Of a stretch of 64,000 nt of DNA, positions 53,247-64,000 are shown one piece after another (the stretch's first letter is position 1; every line of letters begins with the position of its first letter). The DNA lies in assembly GCF_000497125.1 (NCBI RefSeq), contig NC_090603.1, positions 868,001 through 932,000 of the forward strand. Reading direction: 5' to 3'. Made by a program: the position numbers and the translations under genes. This DNA is from Spironucleus salmonicida. Lineage: Eukaryota. The notes beneath the pieces were generated by a model. It saw only the letters and a program-made list of their open reading frames with translations. It was not told the origin of the DNA and searched no databases.

Positions 53247-54212
53247 TCATTATACCCTTTCACACTCAAAGCTTCCACATTCACATATACAATATTTTTA
53301 ATCTGAAAATTCAAATTTCTTTCCACATTAACATTAAAATACTCCTTTACCACTTCTTTATTACATATATATTTAAATATATTCCATTTATTTTTCCTTC
53401 ATATCAATTTTTTCTACTCCTTTTTTACAAACTTTACACAAAAAATTACCTTTAGAAATTGCATCAAAATAACAAATTTAATGAGATAAACAACCACAAT
53501 CAAGCCGAAAATTAATTCCAGCACCATTACATATGGCACAGGTTTCACGTTAATTACCACATTTATGATCCGCCAAATTTTCAAAATGGATGCAGGTTCT
53601 GCAGTTTTTACAATGATATGATTATTTTTATACACAAATATTGCATTTATCACAATGCCTGTATAATTTTTCTACTGGATAAGAAATCTGAATTTCATTT
53701 GAATTTTTATCTAACGATATTTAGTCGAATTTGAAGCTAAAATCAACGCATGTTAAGCACTAGTTCGAATGTGTTATTATGTCACAATTTTTGCATATTT
53801 TGGACATTTTTAAATCTGTTGAACATATTTTGCATGCAATTCCCCCCAGTTCTAAAGAATGATTGCTATTTGTGTCATGACAGATTTTGCAGTCGAAATA
53901 TTATTCACAATTAGAACAATAAATTTTCGCAGTGGAAATAATATGTTGACAAGAAAAAAGATTAGTTATTATATATGATTTGTATATTATATGCGGTAGT
54001 TTTTCCCAGTTTCTTATTTTTCTAGATCGAAGATTCGCTGTAATCAGAGAAGATGGCTTAGATTCATCGTATAACGCGTAAAGAGCATAAGGATCAGAAA
54101 GTGTAGCACGATATATGAGCTCATGTTAATTTTATTCTGTCTCAAGAATTTCTGGGATTTTAGCTAGGATCTAGTCATTAAATTTGTAAACAGCAACTAA
54201 GGCTCTGTTCAT
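53247..54212 (-). CDS. CHY zinc finger + RING E3 ligase (Pirh2/RCHY1-like), 321 aa
   Basis: CQH..CSNCEQYFDCKICHD, HCDKCNIC..HCKNCRTC..HKC, CAIC..CGC..H..C..CKVC, CECGSF. Confidence 0.85.
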
Positions 54213-54372
54213 TTTTTAGATTACTAATTTTTATATAAAATAATATAAAAGTAGAATAATAAGTTTACTTACTAAATGGTATAATAAAAGATAAAGAAAA
54301 TAATAAAATTTATACTAATAATTTGATATAATAACATAAAGATTAAAGAGTTAATCGTTCCACTTCAATTAA

Positions 54373-54744
54373 ATGGCTGATGTTTAGCAGCTTGCACAGT
54401 AATTCACATAATTTTTTTATCAAACTTTTTCTGTCCGCGCTAATAGAAATTAATTAGTAACCATGTATGCTCCCACTGCATAATTAAACTATAACGGTCG
54501 TACTTATAATGGCTAGGAAGGAGCAAACACACTGTTTATGAATAATTTTTAATTAGGAGATATGCAAGTTAATCCTATTTAGGTGTCTTCCGTTTCTGCT
54601 GCTGGTGGAGCGCTTGTAAGTACATATTGCGAATTCTAGGAAGCTTCCGGAATGAAGGGTACTTTTTGCTAAAGCTTTATTTTATTACCGGATGCAACAG
54701 GAAATATTACCATTGGTGGTGATATATTTGCTGTAAACATGTGA
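54373..54744 (+). CDS. NTF2-like protein, 123 aa
   Basis: LAQQFTQFFYQTF, MY, YNG..G, FCQSFIL, DIF. Confidence 0.85.
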
Positions 54745-54753
54745 TTGAAAATT

Positions 54754-55851
54754 TCACTGGATAAAATTCTTAATTAAACTGTCTATATTTTAACTATGTA
54801 AATATCTGTCATAGGAGTTCACGACTGCTCTTGGATTCTAAAATCTTATTTTCTTTTCCTTATCCCAATCTACTCCATAATATGCTGGACTTACCATGTC
54901 GTTTTCTACGAATCCTTTGTCTACGAAACGCTCATGTTAATTGAATTTTATGCTGTCATAATTTTTTTATATTATTTTCCGTCTAGGAGAATAACTCCAT
55001 GGACCTAATTTATTATCTGGACGAATGTCCTATCTATTTGGAGAGTTATTAATTACCGGAACTTTATATAGACTTTAGATTCCAATTCCTTCATTCTCAA
55101 TATAATATGGGGCCTAGTTATTAACTATAGTTTTTTATTCCTTTTCTTATCTGTTAATTTTCATGCTTTGAGGCCTTTATTACTTGAAATATTCATATTA
55201 ACCAGGTCCAGGAACGTCATTAATTTTATACTTTATTCGCTCAGAATCTTGTTCTATCTATGGTATTCTGATGATATGCTTTTAATGTTTTTCATTTGGC
55301 ATTTTGCCAATTTTCTCCACGACTCTAGGTGCTCTTTTAAATTTTAATCCTCCCGCTTATAATTTTTATGTTTTCATTAAGTCTAGCCTTCGTTCCAATT
55401 CAATTTCCTTTTATTGTTAAATTTTCTCTGTTTAGTCAACATATTATATAGCAGTTGGAGTATATTTAGGCTCATTAAGAAGATTTTTTTCTTTTTCTTT
55501 TAATTATAAAGGAATCGGAAAACGAATTTCGAGTTTTTATGTTGGAAATTTTAAATACTCGTTCATTAAACGCTCATTAAGATCATCTTCTGCTAGCAAA
55601 ATAATTTATTTAAGAGATAATTCCGATGTGTTATATATAGATCTAAATTTTAAGTTAAATTTTGCATTACATTGGCCACAATAATAGCATATTTTTTCTG
55701 GAAATGCATTAGAAAGAAGATATTTTAAAGGCTGAGTGCACTGTTAACAATTACAAAGTATAGGCAGTATATTTTTATTTATTAATAAAGCAAATTTTGT
55801 TTTTGGAGTAATGTAAGTTTACTTAAACTGCTATAAAGTTATGAATTTCAT
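54754..55851 (-). CDS. SHIPPO/PGP-repeat protein (STPG/ODF3-like), 365 aa
   Basis: VPGPGQY, LGPWSYSP, VSPAYY repeats; ends CAG TGA. Confidence 0.65.
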
Positions 55852-55949
55852 TTTATATACTTATAGATATAAATATAATATTTTATTAAATTATACAAAA
55901 TTTATATTAATTAAATAATTAATATTATATATATAATTGCTAAATAAAA

Positions 55950-56402
55950 ATGTCAATTGTTGTCCCAAAGTTTTAGTAAACTATTATATTCACCGATGAG
56001 CCAATACCTAGAAGTTATGATGGAGAATAGATTACTATTGATGAAATATATCCCTGGATTCGTTAAATAAGAGATCCAGAGCATCCAACAATGACGTTAG
56101 AGGACCTTAAGGTTGTATCAAAAGATGCCTTGATTCTTGATGACCATATATCTTTTTGTGAAGTCATATTTACACCTACAACTCCAACTTGTTCTATGGG
56201 AGCAATTTTAGGATTAAGTATTAAAATAATGTTAATGAGAATATTGCCTTTAAGATTTAGAATTATAGTCAATTGCAGAGAGAACACCCATGAAACATGG
56301 AATAGCCTTAATAAATAGATAAATGATAAAGAAAGAGTTTTAGCTGCAATGAGCAATAAAAATATTATGAAAGTTGTCAACTCTAGTATAATGGTGAAGT
56401 GA
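55950..56402 (+). CDS. CIA2: cytosolic Fe-S assembly protein CIA2/MIP18, 150 aa
   Basis: IRDPEHP.TLEDLKVV, FTPTTPTCSMG..GL, NKQINDKERV.AA (Q = TAG 56316). Confidence 0.95.
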
Positions 56403-56408
56403 CTCTAG

Positions 56409-57416
56409 TCAATCTTTCATATTCTTTATTATTTAATTAATATCATATGCCTCTAGCATATTTCTCTATATTGTTCGCCAACTCAAAAATTATTTATCAA
56501 AATACTACATTGCTGACAATTATTTTAATACTTCACCGGTAATGTATTTTTAATCCTGTAAAAGAGGATATAATTAAGAAAACTTATACTATATTTCAAA
56601 TTATACTTCCTCCTTTGTTAAGTCTGCATAATATTGGTGATAATCTACGAGATGCCATTTGTTTTCGACCTTTTCAAGTTTATATTCTCTATAACCAGGA
56701 AAATTTTAATTTGACGGCGATATACCAGGATTTATAAAACTAGGGATATTCCCAATCCACCTCCACCATTCAGTATGATAATGCCCATTAACTTCTAAAA
56801 TTATTTAATTTTCATATTTGGCTAGGATCTACTTATAATTTTATCTAATTTTTGAATCAATAAAATCACCTTTAAAATGACCAGCACCAAAAGGTATATG
56901 GCATCCAATCACTACCTATTATTTAAATTATGTCGCATTTTTTAACACTGCTTCTAACCTCCCTAGCTAATCATATTGGTCGATTTTTTACAGATTTACA
57001 GTGTTCAGCCCTATATAAACAATCCCATCGTAGAAATTATAATTTATATATAAACCGTCTTCCTGGAAGTTATTATCCATTTACATAAACTAGTTAATCC
57101 TTTTATTGTCGAATTTATAGTTAGTTTCTGCATCATTATTACCCAAAGCATATCCAGAGCAATTCACATCTGTCATGACTTTTTTAATTAGATCAAAGTT
57201 GGTATTCTGGCCATGTGCTGGCGAGTCGCCTAGATATATGCATGGAAACTATCTATTTATTTAACTTTAAAGCTACTCATAAAGCGGAACTGTTGTATCG
57301 CAATTTACGACTCCAAATTATTTAAACTAGGTAGATTTATTCTTGCAGGCCCGATTATCATTGTCAAAGTTTAAGTCCAAATGAATGTCATTTAAAACAA
57401 GTATTGTTAACTACAT
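56409..57416 (-). CDS. acid sphingomyelinase-like/PPN1-like metallophosphoesterase, 335 aa
   Basis: DIHLD, G..CD, LGDSPAH, LGNND, CHIP, GHYH, ISP..NFPG. Confidence 0.85.
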
Positions 57417-57525
57417 TTTATTTGATTAATTATATAATACGATTTAATAACTAGTAATTATAGTAAATCAGAGTATTCGTGAAACTTATATTCCCTACTA
57501 CGCCAACCTACCCCAGATCGTGTCC

Positions 57526-58800
57526 TCACTTCCGCACGACCTTGTACATGCCCTGCTGCCCGTTGATCCGCTAAAAAATGACTTCGCCATCCTCTCCGCT
57601 GATATCCTTCATTTTGAGCCCTTTGGCAACTCGCAGAAGGCAGTCGTCGCAGTTTCCGATCATTTCGACGTCGAACTCGTGCGCGCCGCTAATGCGCTCG
57701 CGGTTTATCAAAATCTGAGGCACGTGACGCGGAATCGCACCGATTAGACCAGCTATCGGCTTGACTTTCAGAGAAGACCCCATGACGATGAGTAGGTCGA
57801 TTTTTAGCGAGTCTTTGGCTATGAAGTCGCTCAAGGTGTCGACCAGTTTCTCGCCAAAGAAGACGATGTCGGGCTTAAGAATACACGCTGGCACGTCTGT
57901 TGGGACCAGCGAATCGGTGATTTTTATGCTTTTTAGATCAGGGCAGCACACTTGGCAGAGCGGAATTTCGTAGCTCAACATGATGTCTTGGACCTCCTCC
58001 AACCCCACTTTCTTCTTACACACCATGCAGCTGCTGCTGGCAAAGCTTCCGTGCGCAGAAAGAATTTTCTGAGGCTCTACTCCAGATTTGAGCTCCAGGC
58101 AGTCGATATTTTGCGTGTAAATGCGGCACAGCTTGTTCGTTTGAAAAATTTAGCTGATGAATTTGTGGGTTAATGTTGGTTTGTACTTGCTCTGTGGCAT
58201 GATTTCTGGCACAAACTTGAAAAATGGAAGCGGGTTTTCTTTGAAAAAGCTCAGATCAAACATGTCAGTGGGGCGTTTGAGTTCATATTTTTCGAGATTC
58301 GCATAGATGCCATTTTTGGATCTAAAATCAGGAATACCGCTGGAAACTGATATTCCAGCGCCGACTAGAAAAACAATGTTTTTACAAGTTTGGAAAAGGC
58401 GCAAAACTGTGTCAAAAGAAGAGATTTGTGGTAGTCGTAAACGTGGATACCGTGATTATTAGAGATCTACAGTTAGCTAATTGATGAAAATCCATAATTC
58501 ATTTGCACTAAAGATGTGTGGCACATCAAGGCCAATTTCTTGCAAAATTAAATGGGGAGATACTCTATGGTTTCTCAACTATGTGAAAAAGGTTTAAATA
58601 GAATCAGGATCAATAATTGATATTAAGTCATCTTCTGAAGATAACTCCAATGGGTTTGCATCGTCAAAAACAAACTTATCTGACTCAAATCTATATGAGA
58701 GTTTACATTAATTGTAAAAATTTAAAAGATTGGTTGAAAGTGTTAGCTTAGAAATAGGGAACTTAGCTTGATGAAGAAGTAAAAATGGGGATGTTGGCAT
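57526..58800 (-). CDS. SIR2: class I sirtuin NAD-dependent deacetylase, 424 aa
   Basis: GAGISVSSGIPDFRS, YTQNID, HGS..C..C, KPDIVFFGE, GSSLKV; ends AAG TGA. Confidence 0.95.
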
Positions 58801-59355
58801 TTAGATTAGAGTATATTTAAATTATATATAAAATCTTAATCTTTTAAATTATTAAAAAATATATTTATGGTGCTAAAATTCATCAAACCTATATATTATC
58901 TTTAACGATGCTTAGAAATAAATTAATTTGGTATATATAAATTTATATATGACTTTATTGTTAGGAATATTTTTAGCGATTAAAATATTCGTAAATAAAG
59001 TAGATAATTATATTGATAAGGCAGTGCTACACACAATTATGGTTTAATACGAGTTTAGAATACTTAGTTTTGTATAACTAAATTAAAAATTAATTTAGAT
59101 TTCATTGTTTTATTAGTGAAACTCCAAATCGATAAAATCTAATACCGAGTATTTAAGATGTTGAATATTTACGCATAGTGAATAATTTAATAGTATTCGC
59201 ATTTGCCTAATCATTGTGGTAGAACATGTCGAATAAAAGATTTTATCTAAAGTAATCGTTTAGTTTATGACATTAAATCTTTATGTTATCATATATTGAC
59301 AATACATAATATAAATATAAAACTATATTAGAATTAACTAATATAAATCATAAAA

Positions 59356-60099
59356 TCACTGCATTTTGATACCAATAACTAAAAATCTTAAGAAATAATT
59401 TCTCCCTAAATATTCTCTAAGATTATCTTTAACAGATTATTACGTACCAGGATGCTTTTATAGTATATCTATTGTTGTCTTCCCCTTGCATATTGGAAAC
59501 CAGCCCATACCAAAAATTAAAGACATAACGCTAATACCAAAAATATTGACAAAAAATACTATAATGACTGTAATAATAGCTTCTATTAAATATCTTACAT
59601 CAACTCTTGCATTTTTAATTGCAAATATCAATCCTGGAATAACTAACCAGGAGGAGTATATTAAAAATAAACCAGCACAAAATAAAAATTTGATAAAATA
59701 TCCATACGAATAGTGTGAAATACAAGTATTAAAAACATAGCAGTGGTGATCCATAGCTAGAACACATCTATTACATGTTTTGCAGTGATGAGAACGAGGT
59801 GGGCGAGAAGAATCACACAATACACAAAATAATGTTTCGTCGTCTTTTTATGCTTCTTCATGTAATATTTACACATATCCTGGATCGTAAAAATTCAACT
59901 AAAAAACCGTGTACACAATATTACAAAACATATAACATGATATTAATAGTAAAATAACAATGATATATATTTATAACGAGCGTAAGAAATATCCGTTTAT
60001 AATCATAATTGTTAAACCAATTATTATAAAAGAGATAATTGGATACGTTCTTAACAATTTTTATTATGTGCTATAACCATCAAAAACGTTACCTCTCAT
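59356..60099 (-). CDS. DHHC palmitoyltransferase, 247 aa
   Basis: DPG, RPPRSHHCKTCNRCVLAMDHHC, TT motif; ends CAG TGA. Confidence 0.95.
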
Positions 60100-60704
60100 T
60101 TTACTGATTCTTATTAATCAAATATTATATGTATAATATAATATTATGTATCTCTTTATATAATATAATGATTTATAATTCATGATTAATCTTAAGATTA
60201 ATCATAGTAATTTTATATACGAATATTCACGCTGCTATTTTAGGATTATTTTATTATACAATATTAATATACTTATTTATATATCTTACATATTCCGAAA
60301 ATTTTAATCACGTGTCAGATAAATACCTATTTCTATTTGGGAAAATATTAGGCAACAAATCAATTTTTTGGCAAAAATTAATTAATGTAAATATTTAAAT
60401 TACAAAAGGAACGTTAAACCTACCATTCTCAACTAAATGATTACAATATCATCTTACCTCAGATTAAACCTGTTTTTAAATTTTAACTACTTTATCTAAC
60501 TAACCGAATGGTTATTAACATTCATTCCCCAATTTTTAATTATTATTATACTGTAGTCTACAAATTCAATCTATTTTCCAGTTAATACTAACTTATTCTA
60601 ACAAACCAGATTTAATATTTATTACTAAACTAATTTATCATCTTAGCAGATATTAAAATATTTCATTAATATGTATATTACTTCTTTATTCACCACTCCA
60701 TATC

Positions 60705-62630
60705 ATGTCTTACAGAGAACCCGAAGGTCCAATTTTCTGTTCAGAGTGCGCGTACTGCTTCAGGACGCTGAACCTTTGTCTGTGTCTCTAATGCGATTTT
60801 GCTGTCTGTCAAGAACATGCGGCTATCCATTCGCAGTATCACAATGAGTTTGTCATCAAACCATAAAATGCTGATGAGATTCCTCAGCTATGCAGGATCA
60901 TAAACGACTAGATAGAGTTTATGGTGCTCTCTGAAGAAGCGCAGTTCGCTGCCGCACTGATTCTAGATTGCCAAGAAAACTGTAAATATGAATACCTCAA
61001 GCAGTAGGTTAGTGTCAGTTCGTAAGAATGCTAGCATTTCCCGATTGCTAATAGTTAATAGTCAGATATCGTTTAAGACATAACGAATTTGACGTGTTCG
61101 AAATGTGATTAAAAAGAAAATATTTGGATGTGCTTAGGCTGTGGGGAGTTCAGTTGTGGGCGAAAATAGTATGATGGAACTGGTGGCAATGGACATGCTT
61201 TAGAGCACTTCGAAGCGACTGGTCACCCAGTTGCTGTTAGAATTACTAGTTTGTGCTAAGATGTTCAAGAAGTGTACTGCTATTCGTGCGATAGTGAATA
61301 GAAAATATCATTTGAAATTCTAGTGGAGGCTTTAAAGTAATTTAAACTTGATAGTTTGATGTATTTAACAAAAGGTATAGAAAGCTCATTAGAGACTAAA
61401 GAACTTGTGCAGGACAAGCTTATTAATTAAATCAGTAATTTTGATAGTATTAAAGCAAAATAATTAACTGCATAGCAAATCGCATAGACACCTTTAATTA
61501 ATTTTAGAAACACGGGTAACACTTGTTATGCAAATGCTGTACTAAATGTATTGTTACATTTAAATTTATTGTAGTTAGCTACTGTTAGTCCTTAAATTTC
61601 TCAAAGTTATGAGGAAACAATGATGGATCTTACGACATAAGCAAATCGTATTCTATCACTTTCTGAATCGGGCAATATAAGACATGACGAAGATGTGAAG
61701 CCTCATCTTTCTGCTTTTATTTTATCCTTATAATCACATTTCACAAGCGATGAAAATATTGGTAAGCAATAAGACGCCGCTGAGTTTTTGGATATATTCT
61801 TCAATAAATTTTAAAATATTGAATAGAAGTTTTTATTTCCTAGCTTTATCAAACAATTGTAATGTCAATTATGCGGATTTACATAGTTATCTAAAACTTT
61901 TAGAACTAATCAATTATCCATTACCTGTAATTTTCATGATAAATGTACAGATGTTGAATAAGGTCCACTTATTGACTTATTAGAATCTATCAAAGCTGAT
62001 CTGGTTGATTCACCAATAGGATTTAGGTGTCCAAAATGTGGGGTATAGAATCAAGAAGAATAAGAATCCGTCGTAACTATCAGCTAATCTCTTATTGACT
62101 GCGATAAAGTTCCAGAATTTATCATTGTCAAGGCCAATCGTCTTATGTTTGACCCAGTGCTGTAATAGCCTTTTAAATTGAGAACAAGAATTACTAATTG
62201 TGAATACTTTGATTTATCTAAGCTGGTTAACAGATAAGACGTTTAATAAAAGAACTAAATAGAATATCCTATCGATTAATTATTAGAATTAGGTATTGAC
62301 GCTGACACTGCTTCATTAGCTATGATTCAATACAACGGAAATGTGGAACAAATAGCCAATGATTTCTTTAATGGAAATTTAAATATTTAACAGTAAGATC
62401 AAGATATTACTGAAAAATTAGCACATGCCAAAGAGTTTGATCAGGAGTTAAATTATTAATTACAATGTGTTGTATTCCATTTAGGCGGTAGCTATGACCG
62501 CGGTCATTATACAGCGCTTATTAGAAATGGCAATGGATGGATAGATTGCAACGACTAGGTATTTATTTAGAAAGACGAAATCGACGTCGATCTGAGCTAA
62601 GGAATACTTTATTTTTACAAGAAAGTATGA
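60705..62630 (+). CDS. ubiquitin-specific protease USP5/Ubp14-like, 641 aa
   Basis: ECAYCF N-domain, ZnF-UBP (WMCLGCG..CGR..GGNGHALEH), NTGNTCY, QQDAAEF, UBA-like segment, HLG..GHY..CND. Confidence 0.92.
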
Positions 62631-62759
62631 TGTAAGTGATAATTTTTACCTTTTACGATTATCTTTCTTGCTCGACTTTTAACATCCTTAAAAATTTTAA
62701 ATCTCAAACTCTACTTATTATATATCTATTATTATATTTATTATTCCTTTCCTATAACA

Positions 62760-63572
62760 ATGTCGAAGCAGAATATGCAGAAGCTAGCAACGCTGGAGAA
62801 AGTAAAGCTCCAGGCCAGCGAGATGTAGAAACAAATCTATCAAATTACAAACGAAATTCAGCATAAACGGTCAGAAAACGAGGAGCTTCCCGTAAAACTC
62901 GAACGCGTCAACGCCCTGCACGCAGAGCTCCAGACATAAGTCGAGCAGCTACAGCAGAAGCAGTAAGCCGAACTTCCTGATGACATCCGAATCAAGCTCG
63001 AAAACGAGGAAAATGAGCTTGAAAAGCCGCGCGAAATTTTGCAGAAAATGAAACTCCAACGGAAGCAGTTCCAGACTCATTTGGCCGACTACAGCAAGGC
63101 AAATATCACTGCAAAATGCGAGAACGATGCACTCAAAAAGGAGCTCAAAACGAGCGAGAAGTCGGCCTCGGAGACCTTGAAAAAGTACCAAATTTTGATG
63201 CAAAATACAAAGGATATTCAACGCTATCAGAGCGATTTGGACAACTACCGCGAAACTATCGAGCTCTACAGATCTATGGGCGAAAAAATGACGCTGGATA
63301 TCATAAAAGATAGGATGGAAAATGCAACATAGCTGCTCGAAAAAGTCAGTGGTTGTCATGACATTTTGCTTGTTGACGTGAAAGATCGTTTAAAATGCTC
63401 CAAATTTGGCCAGTATCCGCACAGAAAAATCAACTATCTGGAGTAGTTTTTGGCCAAATAAGAATAGGTTTTGGCTGAGGTAAATGTAGATCTAGATGGA
63501 AAAGACAGTGAGTGCGCAGTTTGCTAACCAGTTTTGGGGAGCGTTGAAACGGTTGATTGCGCGTGTGGATGA
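62760..63572 (+). CDS. coiled-coil protein with Cys-containing C-terminus, 270 aa
   Basis: MSKQNMQKL...ECAVC...DCACG; contains track ORF 63039-63332. Confidence 0.8.
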
Positions 63573-63736
63573 GCTGGTTTTTCACTTTATTTATGGTGAG
63601 GATAATCAAATAAGCTAGATAATTTTCGGTAATTTTTATTTAATTGATTGACTTATAATTGAATTTGGCAAAAATGAAGGACTTTTATAATAATAAACTA
63701 AGAAAAATATAGAGGTTCATATTTGATTTCAATTTG

Positions 63737-64000
63737 TCACTATTGAGATAGTTTTTATGATCTGCTGCGTCGGAGGAGCTTGATCTTGACTCCTGTATGT
63801 TAAGATGGACGTGGTGGCTCGTCGTGTACTACTGGGGAACTGCTACGTTTACCGATAAAAATCTTGGGCTTAATTAGGATATCGTTTTCCTGCTTGACCT
63901 CAGTTACCACAGAGGCAGTTGGAAGTACAGGTTAGACTGTGGTGGTTGGAAGGGTGATCGAATGTGGGCACTGGTCCGTGATAGGTTAAGAGAGACACTG
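63737..64000 (-). CDS. hypothetical protein, 3' end (5'-truncated)
   Basis: ...SITLPTTTVQPVLP...KLLRRSRSQKLSQQ; ends TAG TGA. Confidence 0.55.

Noticed and set aside
34491-58800. Functional clustering of RNA-modification (NAT10, DUS, TRM7) or NAD genes (NMNAT, Sir2)
   Set aside because: Separated by many unrelated genes on mixed strands; expected by chance in a reduced genome
60182-60850. Plus-strand open frame upstream of and overlapping USP5
   Set aside because: Low-complexity AT-rich translation that overlaps a real gene out of frame

Overview
AT-rich, very gene-dense eukaryotic DNA with no introns seen. It uses a non-standard nuclear code: TAA/TAG encode Gln and TGA is the only stop (translation table 6). 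This is why the supplied standard-code ORF track is fragmented. The code, the intron-less compact layout, convergent genes separated by 2-25 bp and AG|TGA gene ends point to a hexamitid diplomonad, probably Spironucleus-like (inferred). Re-translating by hand with table 6 gives about 50 CDS. Recognisable ones: HIT hydrolase, eIF2-alpha, TBC Rab-GAP, Rab1, Cdc25/ACR2-like rhodanese, ALG13, RPA43/Rpb7-like, iron-dependent alcohol dehydrogenase, NAT10/KRE33, NMNAT, DUS, TRM7, Pirh2-like, NTF2, CIA2/MIP18, SMPDL-like phosphodiesterase, Sir2, DHHC palmitoyltransferase, USP5/Ubp14, and four TMEM104-like amino-acid transporter paralogues. Most striking: two GC-rich transporter copies form a 1614-bp near-perfect inverted repeat around a 7.8-kb spacer, and their coding regions differ only in one 21-nt loop. 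Also noted: a frameshifted VSP/CRMP-like surface-protein pseudogene, eIF2-alpha lacking Ser51, a tail-anchored ALG13, candidate Nse1- and UBR-type RING proteins, and a CCACT motif just upstream of start codons. No rRNA, tRNA, CRISPR or mobile element is supported. All translations are manual, and long hypothetical ORFs were partly spot-checked.
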